A stretch of DNA of 29,091 bases from Oligoflexales bacterium (GTDB lineage Bacteria > Bdellovibrionota_B > Oligoflexia > Oligoflexales > CAIYRB01): contig JBGSUI010000051.1 in NCBI GenBank assembly GCA_041736175.1, forward strand, positions 1-29,091, written 5' to 3'. Below are positions 1 to 8,312 of this stretch, one piece after another. The position numbers and the translations under genes were made by a program. The notes beneath the pieces were generated by a model. It made no database searches. It was not told the origin of the DNA and was given only the letters and a program-made list of their open reading frames with translations. Numbering within the stretch: position 1 is the first letter of the stretch; every line of letters begins with the position of its first letter.

Positions 1-846
1 ATTTTTAATAGCATACTCGACCAGTTTTTCATAAAATTTGTCAAATAAATCCATAGATTCATTGCAGATTTGCCATTGGTTTGCATCGGCAAAAGGGATG
101 CCCCATGCCTTGTGTAGAGATTCAATCCGTTTAAAAGGAAGGCCGTAAAGGTAGTGCAGCACGAGGAGCATCGCACAGGCGCTCCAGTGGTAAATCGTAG
201 TTTTTCCTATACCATCAGTAATATTAGCAGGAATTGCTGCGCATACAACGCGACCGCATACCTTGCATCGAGCCCGTTCGGCTTCATGGCGCTCGGCGCC
301 AAACATCGGCTGACCAACGACTCGGATTGTAATCAGCTTGCGATGACGTACCAACCTTCCGGTTTTGCATGCAGCACAGATTGAACCGACGATCCCAAGA
401 GCAAGTGTATAGAAGTAGTCCTTGGTATTACTGTAGGCAGCGGTGCCATTGCGACCGTGGCCTTTGGGTTTTTTCTTGGAATTACCTTTATCGGTCGCTG
501 CCGCATCGGTTTCATCGGTTCCGTCAGTTCCATTCTTTTGGAACTCATCCTTCTGCTCTTTGTCGTCGATCACAGTAAAATCAGCGTCGACGATTTCTCC
601 GCTGCCACCTTCAAAGTTATTTTCAGATTTCTCTGAACCAGCTTTAGCAGCAGCTGCGGCGATCGCCGCAGCTCGATCTGCAGCGATTCTCGCTAAAAGT
701 CGATCTTGTTTGGCTTCCTCGAGGGCTATTTTGTTTGATACAAAGGCTCCAAAAATAGCGAAATCACTGGCTTCAAGGCTTTTCTGGTTAATTCGCTCAC
801 GGACTTGGCGTAAACCATCTAGCGTGATTTCGATACGCAAGGTCAT
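1..846 (-). CDS. tnpC: IS66 family transposase TnpC, N-terminal part (runs off the window end; absent from the ORF track)
   Basis: Manual translation from ATG at 846 is open to base 1 (MTLRIEITLDGLRQVRERINQK...). It has an N-terminal helical/coiled-coil region, KKPKGHGRNG, the zinc-finger pairs CAAC and CKVC, and LHYLYGLPFKRIE, all typical of IS66 TnpC. It lies downstream of tnpA and tnpB. Confidence 0.88.
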   Translation of the reverse strand, partial: MTLRIEITLDGLRQVRERINQKSLEASDFAIFGAFVSNKIALEEAKQDRLLARIAADRAAAIAAAAAKAGSEKSENNFEGGSGEIVDADFTVIDDKEQKDEFQKNGTDGTDETDAAATDKGNSKKKPKGHGRNGTAAYSNTKDYFYTLALGIVGSICAACKTGRLVRHRKLITIRVVGQPMFGAERHEAERARCKVCGRVVCAAIPANITDGIGKTTIYHWSACAMLLVLHYLYGLPFKRIESLHKAWGIPFADANQWQICNESMDLFDKFYEKLVEYAIKN

Positions 847-1727
847 TAGGTTTGCACCTTGTCGTTGCTTTGGTTAAGCAGAGTTGCTTTAAAATTCGGG
901 ACTAGTGGCATTATCCAGATGCTTTTAACCGGTTGATCCTTTTTCCGGTACCGATCCATGCGACTGCGACCCTGAGTCAAACCGACATTAATCCAGTTTC
1001 CTGCCTTATAGCAGGTGCCAGAAAAACGCTCCTGATCGACAAAAGTTTCAAGGAGTACTGGTCGGTATCCATAGCGAGTTTGCCAATCATTTGAAATACG
1101 CCTCTTCACCAATGCCAACGATTTTGTTGCTAAATTCTGGCATCGTACCCAAGGAAGAATTAGAAACCTTGTTTGGTTGACGATCAGGTGCAGATTAATC
1201 TGGCGCTGTTCTGCTGACCAACCGATAAAACGGTCACGGGGTGCAATCTTCCAGGCGGCGCCACCAAATCCCATAACTCCAAGGAGATTACCGCCGCCAG
1301 TGATAAAATAACGTAGCTGCGCACCAGGGGTGATCTTGTATCCAAGGTAATGATATCTGCTGATCAACTCGTTCCACAATGCTGATGGCTTACCGGGAGT
1401 AACCAGCTCCACCGCAAGATCTTTCAGATCGATGATATTGATGTGGAGTGGTTGTTTAGGGTCGCTTGCCTCGCTAGAAAATGAACTTCGCAGTACCCGG
1501 TATGGTCGACGGGTGGGTGGCAACTCAATCAATCCGTCCTTACACATTCTGATCATAGCAACCCGGCAACTCATAAGATTTGGTTGGCCGTTTACCCGCT
1601 TCCAATTAAAGGTAGAGCAGACCTGACGAGCTAGCTCTGCCCGTCGTGCCTGAGGAGCAGCAGAAATCAAACTTCGGATACGCTCAATATCGTCATCTGA
1701 CCAAGTTTTGCCACAATAGTTGTACAT
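846..1727 (-). CDS. DUF4338 (DruA-like / Mom-like GNAT-fold) protein with an N-terminal HTH-like domain
   Basis: Motifs LWNELISRYHYLGY, GAQLRY, RDRFIGWS, NQTRFLILPWV, NLATKSL, YGYRPVLLETFVD, FSGTCYKAGNW, GLTQGRSRMD are characteristic of DUF4338. Its stop overlaps the tnpC start (TAATG). Confidence 0.85.
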   Translation of the reverse strand: MYNYCGKTWSDDDIERIRSLISAAPQARRAELARQVCSTFNWKRVNGQPNLMSCRVAMIRMCKDGLIELPPTRRPYRVLRSSFSSEASDPKQPLHINIIDLKDLAVELVTPGKPSALWNELISRYHYLGYKITPGAQLRYFITGGGNLLGVMGFGGAAWKIAPRDRFIGWSAEQRQINLHLIVNQTRFLILPWVRCQNLATKSLALVKRRISNDWQTRYGYRPVLLETFVDQERFSGTCYKAGNWINVGLTQGRSRMDRYRKKDQPVKSIWIMPLVPNFKATLLNQSNDKVQT

Positions 1728-1845
1728 TATGCCTTACCACCAAAGTTAAACATCGCGGTCACTATGCCCCATTTGTGCATCTGTGACCAGTCCTTTTTTT
1801 GGTGGTTATAACAATTTTTTCTGGTCCTCTTTGAGAGTCCGCAGC

Positions 1846-2205
1846 TTAGGCTACTCGCTTCCAGAGATCTGGAAAGCGGCTACCTGCTGGATCACCACCC
1901 CATATGAGGACTTGAAGTTCGCTAGCGAGTAGTGAGGAACCTGCCTTGCCTTCACCGGTCTTTGGCCACACCTTATTGTAGGTCCCCTTTGAAAGTCGTC
2001 TAGTCGAAAGCCAAAAACCACCTCCGTCATAATGGAGAACCCTCAAGCTGTGTCCCATCATATTGCGGAAGACAAAAAAGGCTCCACTCATAGGCTCTTG
2101 TTCTAAGATAAGACGGGCCACAGCCGCAGTGCCATCGATCCCATTCCTAAAGCTGATAGGATCATGCATTATAATAATCGTTGCATTGGTGGGAATTTGA
2201 ATCAT
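1846..2205 (-). CDS. tnpB: IS66 family accessory protein TnpB
   Basis: 119 aa with PISFRNGIDG, PMSGAFFVFRN, LRVLHYDGGGFWLSTRRLSKG, the IS66 Orf2/TnpB signature. It overlaps tnpA by ATGA. Confidence 0.92.
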   Translation of the reverse strand: MIQIPTNATIIIMHDPISFRNGIDGTAAVARLILEQEPMSGAFFVFRNMMGHSLRVLHYDGGGFWLSTRRLSKGTYNKVWPKTGEGKAGSSLLASELQVLIWGGDPAGSRFPDLWKRVA

Positions 2206-2585
2206 GCATCATCTCCGAAAATGTGGCAAAAATTAGCTAAAATGGCACTAGTTTCTTTCGAGACTTGAAATACTCTTAACTTGACACCCCTTCGAGATTC
2301 TAACTCAACCAATGGACCGGAATGGCCAGGTGGGGCAGAGACCTCGACTCGAGTAAAAGTCGGAATCGGTGCGACTGACTTGTTTCTAGGTTTCGGCGCC
2401 GAAATTTTTCCGAGGCGCCAAGCTTGGACCTTTAGGCGATAGGCCACTGGACCTATGCCATGCTCGATCGTTTGTCGCTGAGCACGCTCGATCAGATCAC
2501 TGGGCACAGGCTCATTGGTGTGTTTCTTATTCCTTCGCCAGGTTGCAAAGGCAGATTCTAATTCTGTCAAAGATTCGGTCGTCAT
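2202..2585 (-). CDS. IS66 accessory protein TnpA-like
   Basis: 127 aa directly upstream of tnpB with a 4-nt overlap. It has an HTH-like N-terminus (FATWRR...VPSDL) and the C-terminal FTRVEV...VELESRRGVKLRV pattern seen in IS66 Orf1 proteins. Confidence 0.7.
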   Translation of the reverse strand: MTTESLTELESAFATWRRNKKHTNEPVPSDLIERAQRQTIEHGIGPVAYRLKVQAWRLGKISAPKPRNKSVAPIPTFTRVEVSAPPGHSGPLVELESRRGVKLRVFQVSKETSAILANFCHIFGDDA

Positions 2586-2648
2586 AAAATCGTCCCTCAG
2601 ATCGATTATCGATTGAGTGAAGATTAAGCGATTGGCAAAAGAAAATCG

Positions 2649-3632
2649 TCAACTTTCTCCGGAACAGTAGCTTGCAAGAAGCTTCCGTGCTGCCTTGGCA
2701 GCAAGTTCACGTCGACCCTTTTGTTCGCCCTTTTTCTCGCCCCTTTTCTCGCCCCTTTTCTCACCCTCAATGATCCCCTGTTTTTTGGCTTCAGCAACTC
2801 CCTCTTGCAGAGCCGCCAACTTGGCCGCGTGATCCCTCTTGATTAAATGCTCCGTCTGCCAATCAAGTTCGATTTTTTCGTAGGCTCTCTGCTCCTGGGG
2901 AGATAAAGCTCCCTCCCAGAGGATTTGACCCACCTCGGTCAGTGCGGGGCGACTGAAAATGGCGGGGAATTGGTCCCATTCACGGATATGGCGGAGCATA
3001 TAAATCCACTCATCAAGGGGGGCTGCTTGGTGAGGTGAGGTGAATTCAGAAAGAGTTTTGGCGAATTTCGGCAGTTCGATGGTCGTCACAAAAATATTGC
3101 CCACGGTGGGCTCTTTGGTCTTTAGGCAGCAGGTGGTGTGCCACCTGAAGGGTTCTTTGCCTGGAAAGATGGAAAAATCCAGAAGCGCAATCATATAAAC
3201 GGGTCTTAGCTTGTCGTACCATTCGCCTTTCATAAGCTGGTTCCGGTAGATGCCACTGGTGTAGTAGGTGACTCGTTTAAGGAAATCTTTTTGTTCGCAG
3301 AGCTGCATTTCGACGATGATTTGCTCGCCGCCCTGCAGCGTGGTGGGACCACGGGTTGAAGAAGCCTGCCCCGAATCTGGTGCGGACTCCGCTTTAGGAT
3401 ACGGTATGCGGCAGAGCACATCCACCTTGCCGCCGCGAAGGTCGAGGGCATCGGGCAAAAGATCACGGTCTAGCAGCTCGGTATCAATGATTTCACCGAC
3501 GCCAAAGGGCTCTAAGGCGTGGGTGATAAAGTCTCGTAGCGGCCCCGGGTGTTTAGGGTTTGCAAAGAGCCTTTTAAAGCCGAAGTCGTTAAAAGGGTTA
3601 AGGTACATTTTTCGTGAATCCTGGTCTGTCAC
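2649..3632 (-). CDS. Rpn family recombination-promoting nuclease / PD-(D/E)XK nuclease family transposase (PDDEXK_2), probably truncated at the C-terminus by the IS
   Basis: Motifs LNPFNDFGFKRLF, VDVLC, IIVEMQ, RVTYY, LRPVYMIALLDF, IELPKF, LDEWIY and the GEKRGEKRGEKKG tail. Likely start is GTG 3632 after GAGGAG (the ORF track starts at 3647). Confidence 0.88.
   Translation of the reverse strand: MTDQDSRKMYLNPFNDFGFKRLFANPKHPGPLRDFITHALEPFGVGEIIDTELLDRDLLPDALDLRGGKVDVLCRIPYPKAESAPDSGQASSTRGPTTLQGGEQIIVEMQLCEQKDFLKRVTYYTSGIYRNQLMKGEWYDKLRPVYMIALLDFSIFPGKEPFRWHTTCCLKTKEPTVGNIFVTTIELPKFAKTLSEFTSPHQAAPLDEWIYMLRHIREWDQFPAIFSRPALTEVGQILWEGALSPQEQRAYEKIELDWQTEHLIKRDHAAKLAALQEGVAEAKKQGIIEGEKRGEKRGEKKGEQKGRRELAAKAARKLLASYCSGES
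2719..2767 (-). repeat. 12-bp coding tandem repeat (G-E-K-R/K units) in the Rpn C-terminus
   Basis: Units such as ttttgttcgccc, ttttttctcgcc, ccttttctcgcc, ccttttctcacc encode GEKRGEKRGEKKGEQKG. Confidence 0.7.
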
Positions 3633-3888
3633 AGCTAAGCTCCTCAATAGGTCCCCAAAAGGAGACCGGTGGAGCTCTTTGATTTACGGATATTTTGCCA
3701 GAAAAGCCAACGACAAAATCAGGGATGGTGTAATTCTAACTCATAACTAGTTGTTATTTCACTTTATTTATTAAGCCAAAGACATTTGATGGGACAGATC
3801 TACTTATCAATCTTGTCACGCCATCCGACGGCGAAATCAGGAATCTGACAGCCATCCACAGGTGGAATATACTAAACACCCTAACGCG

Positions 3889-3945
3889 ACTTTCCTTGGG
3901 ACTTTCCTTGGGGCTCTCCTTGGGGCTCTCCTTGGGGCTCCTTTG
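3889..3945. repeat. Intergenic 12-bp tandem repeat, about 4.7 copies
   Basis: actttccttggg x2, gctctccttggg x2, then a partial gctcctttg, directly after the SDR stop codon. Confidence 0.85.
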
Positions 3946-4779
3946 CTACAAACCTCGCCGCAAACCTCCATCGATGGGGATCATACATCCTGTGATATAG
4001 CTGGCGAGGGGCGAAGCCAAAAAGGCGACCACGGCACCAAACTCCTCAGGTCGTCCGAGCCGTCCCATAGGGATCGACTCGGCGGTGAGGCTCATTTCTT
4101 GGCTCAGGGTGCTGCCCAGCCGATCAGCCCGCGCCTTGCGCAGATCCTCAATCCTCTGGGTATGGATCACCCCGGGAAGCACCGTATTGACGGTCACCCC
4201 ATCCCTCGCCACTTCGCTGGCGAGAGTCTTAGAAAAACCAGTCACCGCCTGGCGCATCGCCGTGGAGACCACCAGGTGCTCGATGGGCTCGACCACGCTG
4301 ATTGATGTGATTGTGATCACCCGGCCAAAGCCCCTTTGGCGCATAGGGGGAACCATACTCTGGGTCAACCGGGCCGTGGTCATAAAAAGCTGTTCAAATC
4401 CCAGCTGCCACTGTTCATCACTGGTCCCAAGGGCGCTTGAGGGGGAAGGTCCTCCGACGTTGTTGACCAGAATATCCACCTTGCCAAAAGCCCGCTCCAC
4501 CTCTTCAGCCAGAGACTCAGTCGCCCCCCTTTTAGTGAGGTCGAGAGAAATCCCCTGGACTCGATCGGGAGCCTTGTCTCTCCCTTTGTGATCCATCCCC
4601 TTATCCAAGTCTCGGGCTTCTTGGCGCAGCTTGCCTAAGGCCACCTCGAGATCTTTGGGATTGCGACCACAGATAAAAACCTGGACCCCCTCCCTAAGGA
4701 GCGCTTGGGCTGTGGCAAAGCCTAATCCTCGGGTCGAGGCACAAACCAAGGCCGACCGGCCCTCAAGGTGTAAATTCAA
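3946..4779 (-). CDS. SDR family oxidoreductase (BKR-like atypical SDR)
   Basis: ALVCASTRGLG Rossmann motif, DILVNNVGGP, SxxxR (STAMR) in place of YxxxK, VTVNTVLPG, IPMGRLGRPEE, YITG...IDGG. Confidence 0.92.
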   Translation of the reverse strand: MNLHLEGRSALVCASTRGLGFATAQALLREGVQVFICGRNPKDLEVALGKLRQEARDLDKGMDHKGRDKAPDRVQGISLDLTKRGATESLAEEVERAFGKVDILVNNVGGPSPSSALGTSDEQWQLGFEQLFMTTARLTQSMVPPMRQRGFGRVITITSISVVEPIEHLVVSTAMRQAVTGFSKTLASEVARDGVTVNTVLPGVIHTQRIEDLRKARADRLGSTLSQEMSLTAESIPMGRLGRPEEFGAVVAFLASPLASYITGCMIPIDGGLRRGL

Positions 4780-6305
4780 TGGATTCCTCCTCCATAGCTG
4801 ATGGTTTTGATCTCAGAATAAAAATCCAGGGAGTAGTCACCCCCTTCGCGACCTAGCCCCGAGTGTTTCATGCCCCCAAAAGCAGTGTGAAGGTCCCTGA
4901 GAAACCAGTCGTTGATCCATACCAACCCTGTTCTTGCGCGGCGCGCGGCCCGCTGGGCTTTTGCCAAGTCACGGGTAAAGATCGAGCAGGAGAGACCAAA
5001 CCGGGTTCCGTTGAGCATATCAAGGGCTTCATCAAACTCTTTAAACGTCTGGACAGTGACCACAGGACCAAACACCTCGTCTTGGACAATACGGTCCAGC
5101 TGCCTGACCCCTGTGATGATCGTCGGTGCATAATAGGCCCCGTGATCCAGGGGGATTTTTCCACCGCAGAGGAGAGACACTCCAGGTTGTTTAAGGGCTT
5201 CATCCACAAATCCCGCCACCCGGTCCCGGTGCTGGCGGTGGATCAAAGACCCCATGGTGGTGTGGGGATCCAGGGGGTCGCCGATCACGATACGAGCCGC
5301 GGCTTTTTGAAGCCGCTCCAAAAACTCGGCCGCCACCGACTCTTCGACGATGATGCGCGAGCCTGCTAGGCAAACCTGCCCCTGGTTCCGAAAAGCCGCT
5401 CGGCAGGCCGTGGTTGCAGCCCAGTCCAGATCGGCGTCCTTAAAAATCACTGAGGCCCCTTTGCCGCCGAGTTCAAAGGAAAGTTTTTTAAGACTGCTGG
5501 ATCCTGCCGCCATGATCGCCGAGCCTGTTGAGGATTCTCCTGTAAACGAGATGGCTTTGATGTCAGGATGCCGCACCAGGGCCTCCCCAGCGCTTTGGGG
5601 GCCGTAACCGTGGATGATATTCAGGACTCCAGAAGGCAAACCCGCCAGGTTGGCGATCCGTCCGAGAGCCATCGCGGAGAGGGGGGTCCACTCCGCTGGT
5701 TTCAAGACGACGGCGTTGCCCTGCATCAGAGCAGGAGCGATCTTCCAGGTGGCCAGGTGTAAGGGGAGGTTCCAGGGGGTGATCAACCCGACGACCCCTA
5801 GAGGCTCACGGACGGTGATATGTTCTGCACCATCATCGCTCCTAAAAACCCGACCGCTGCTGTGGACGGCCAGCTCCGAAAAAACCCGCAGATTGCGGCT
5901 GGCCCGGACCACATCGCCGGACTGGGTTTCTTGAATGGGTTTGCCAGTATCAAGACTCTCCAAAATAGCAAACTCATCCTTGTTTTCTAAAATAAGCTCT
6001 GCCATCCGTCTGACGACCTGGGCCCGAGCCTCCATGGGGCAGGACCCCCAGGCTCCCGACATGGCTTTTTGGCCCGCCTGCACCGCTTGGTCGACCGTAT
6101 CGCCGTCGCCACAGGGGACGATCCCTAAGATCTGATCCCGCGCGGGATCCATGACCTCGATGGCGCCACGGCCCCTATGCTGTGGTTTTTGATAGGCTCC
6201 ATCAATAAAATGCCCCCAAACCTCGGGCAGCAGCGTCGTCAGGCTGTGACGGACGGATGGAGGGTGATGGAGAGGGGATAAAGCCTGGCTTTGGTGCTGA
6301 GACAT
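4776..6305 (-). CDS. Aldehyde dehydrogenase, likely 2-aminomuconate/2-hydroxymuconate semialdehyde dehydrogenase type
   Basis: ITPWNLPLHLATWKIAPAL, KPAE, ISFTGESSTG, FELGGK, NQGQVCLAGSR (catalytic Cys), EVFGP, RDLHTAFGGMKHSGLGREGG. It overlaps the SDR start by ATGA. Confidence 0.9.
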   Translation of the reverse strand: MSQHQSQALSPLHHPPSVRHSLTTLLPEVWGHFIDGAYQKPQHRGRGAIEVMDPARDQILGIVPCGDGDTVDQAVQAGQKAMSGAWGSCPMEARAQVVRRMAELILENKDEFAILESLDTGKPIQETQSGDVVRASRNLRVFSELAVHSSGRVFRSDDGAEHITVREPLGVVGLITPWNLPLHLATWKIAPALMQGNAVVLKPAEWTPLSAMALGRIANLAGLPSGVLNIIHGYGPQSAGEALVRHPDIKAISFTGESSTGSAIMAAGSSSLKKLSFELGGKGASVIFKDADLDWAATTACRAAFRNQGQVCLAGSRIIVEESVAAEFLERLQKAAARIVIGDPLDPHTTMGSLIHRQHRDRVAGFVDEALKQPGVSLLCGGKIPLDHGAYYAPTIITGVRQLDRIVQDEVFGPVVTVQTFKEFDEALDMLNGTRFGLSCSIFTRDLAKAQRAARRARTGLVWINDWFLRDLHTAFGGMKHSGLGREGGDYSLDFYSEIKTISYGGGIH

Positions 6306-6623
6306 GGAATGACCCCATGGTGCTTAGGACGAAATGAGAGAAGTTCGGTACACTTCTTAGCATCTTGACCCTCAAATGTCGAGTGCAGCCGCTCAAATCC
6401 CCCAGACCGTAAGGCCACAAGCCTTCGTAGGATTGCGCTCCTTCAGTAAAACGTGGGTCGACTGAGGGTATTCCTAACTATAAAGAATATCGACTGAATT
6501 TTCTTTTTACTCATCCTTGGACTTCTATATCCCGAAAGCTAATGATGCGTGCCTTCCACGGTGACGCACAAGTTTTGAATATGATTCAAACCACAAATAT
6601 AATTTCTGAAAGGACGAGGGACT

Positions 6624-8147
6624 ATGAGAAAGGCTACATTAAAAGTGACTTCTAGTTTAGTTGGTTTAGGATTGGCAATTGCGAATTATGGGTGCAGTTC
6701 TGACGATGATGATGACGAAGTTGCAGCGGTAGAAACTGCAGCGGCCGGTTCGACGACGGTGTCTGCAAGTACCTCGGGACTTGGTGTTTCGAATTTAGCA
6801 GCGATCCCCGACTTGGATTCCTTTTTAAAGTCTAAGAGTACAACGGCAGGCTTAGCATTAGTCACCGGCACTCCTCCGAAATTTACTGATATTGCCGGGA
6901 ACATGACGACCTACCTGACCGGTGACGTCACGACGCTCGGCGCTACTATTGAAACCTACCGTCAAAATACCAACTGGACGGCCATGAAGGCCGAATTGGG
7001 TAAGTTTTTGGAAGCTGAAGCGAAATGCGCAACTATGGAGCATACGGCTCGAATTGTCCAGAGATTAAAAGAAGATTCCGCACCATTGTGCCTCTTAAAA
7101 GCGGTAGGTCCAGTTGGGGATAAAGTCTTTAAAGTGGCCTCAGGCACCGCAATTTCAGATCTGACCACTGTTTTTAAACCAACCGCCGAAGATAAAGTAT
7201 TGCAGATTGGTCTTACCGATAAAGGGCAAAAAAAATATGAAATCGTACAGATTACTGGGACTACGAATAATCCTAACGGTTACAAAATAGTCTATTCAAC
7301 CTGTATCACTGCAACCAAAAAAGCATTTCGTCAAAATACCATTGATATCAACAACACGACGGGAGTGGTCACGGTTAAAAGCTACAAGCACGGCGCCATT
7401 GATGATAAAGGGGTCAAACCAAACGCAACTTTCACTATGTCCGGTTATGTTGTGGCCGACGGTGTAGGCGGAGTGACCCCAGACACTTCGAAGGCCAGAA
7501 CTGTAAACTACGCGATGGCGGGCACCCTGGGCACTTTAAATTCGTCGAATCAAGGTGCATTGACCATTTCGTCTAACGAACTTGCCGCTACCTTTTTTTC
7601 CTCAGAATCTGGAACGGACAAAGGTGGCAATACGATTAAGAGAAGCTTAAAAACAGCATTAAATGTTCAGTATACCGGGTCATCGACTACCGACCTTGTG
7701 ATCTACCAGGGTGCAGGTCGAAGTGTCACTTCGTTCGAAGGCACAAATCCCGAAGGAGCTGCTTTCACAATATCGAATGATCAAACGACTGGACTAGACT
7801 TTAACAACACTCTGGCACCACAGTATACAACAGTCACTTCGTCTACCTATCTGACAAGTGTTGCGGCTGTTGACTTCAGCGCAGACGTGATCCTGAAGCA
7901 GACCATACCTACAGACCCAGACATGGAACTTATTGACTCGGCTCCCTGTAGTGCAACTCCGACTACAGTCCTCGCATTTGTGGATAAGCCTGAAGACAAT
8001 ACCACCTATTCCGCAGCGCTTGCTTCTTGCAATTCGTTTCCTGCTGAAAAATCCGTGAATATGTGTGATGACCTTCGTAATCAGTCTCGCACGGTTAACA
8101 ATGCCATGCGTGCTCGAAAAGTTGCGACTGGAAGTACCAAAGATTAA
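6624..8147 (+). CDS. Hypothetical large Thr-rich lipoprotein
   Basis: 507 aa. A basic N-terminus and hydrophobic stretch lead to ANYG-C (lipobox-like), then SSDDDDDE. Six further Cys are present. RBS GAGGG precedes the ATG. Confidence 0.8.
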   Translation: MRKATLKVTSSLVGLGLAIANYGCSSDDDDDEVAAVETAAAGSTTVSASTSGLGVSNLAAIPDLDSFLKSKSTTAGLALVTGTPPKFTDIAGNMTTYLTGDVTTLGATIETYRQNTNWTAMKAELGKFLEAEAKCATMEHTARIVQRLKEDSAPLCLLKAVGPVGDKVFKVASGTAISDLTTVFKPTAEDKVLQIGLTDKGQKKYEIVQITGTTNNPNGYKIVYSTCITATKKAFRQNTIDINNTTGVVTVKSYKHGAIDDKGVKPNATFTMSGYVVADGVGGVTPDTSKARTVNYAMAGTLGTLNSSNQGALTISSNELAATFFSSESGTDKGGNTIKRSLKTALNVQYTGSSTTDLVIYQGAGRSVTSFEGTNPEGAAFTISNDQTTGLDFNNTLAPQYTTVTSSTYLTSVAAVDFSADVILKQTIPTDPDMELIDSAPCSATPTTVLAFVDKPEDNTTYSAALASCNSFPAEKSVNMCDDLRNQSRTVNNAMRARKVATGSTKD

Positions 8148-8173
8148 GTTCGTTAAACGTGATGACTTGGTGG

Positions 8174-8218
8174 TGGAAAAGTGTCCTAGAGGCCCCTGAC
8201 CTCTAGGACACTTTTCCA
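8174..8218. terminator. Perfect 19-bp hairpin between convergent genes (probable bidirectional terminator)
   Basis: tggaaaagtgtcctagagg-cccctga-cctctaggacacttttcca. There is no strong U-tract outside the stem. Confidence 0.7.
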
Positions 8219-8312
8219 AAGTGGGCTATGAAAGCTTGCGATTAATAGAAGGCTTTGACGGAGGCAGGTTTTGATCCCTCGTGGTCCTTTTTCTGCGAAA
8301 GGATGCAAGGTC

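Larger units (their letters stand above)
1..2671 (-). mobile_element. IS66-family insertion sequence (partial) carrying a DUF4338 passenger gene
   Basis: Gene order tnpA-tnpB-DUF4338-tnpC. The putative left end GCTACTGTTCCGGAGAAAG (minus strand from ~2671) resembles GTAACTGTTC-type IS66 ends and coincides with an abrupt end of the Rpn reading frame. The other end is outside the window, so the boundary is approximate. Confidence 0.8.

Noticed and set aside
154..877. Short ORF-track ORFs at 154-877
   Set aside because: They are shadow frames of the minus-strand TnpC.
846..1727. Complete Druantia defence system
   Set aside because: Only a DruA-like domain is present, inside an IS. The helicase at 14837-19480 is a standard Lhr 13 kb away, not a linked DruE.
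1846..2205. RNA-guided TnpB (IS200/IS605 type)
   Set aside because: This is the unrelated 119-aa IS66 TnpB, with no RuvC or zinc-finger motifs.
3889..3945. Tandem repeats as a CRISPR array
   Set aside because: The units are 12 bp and contiguous, with no spacers and no cas genes.
3862..4305. 147-aa plus-strand ORF with FLGT/LLGA repeats
   Set aside because: It is antisense to the SDR gene, and its hydrophobic repeat is just the 12-bp DNA repeat.
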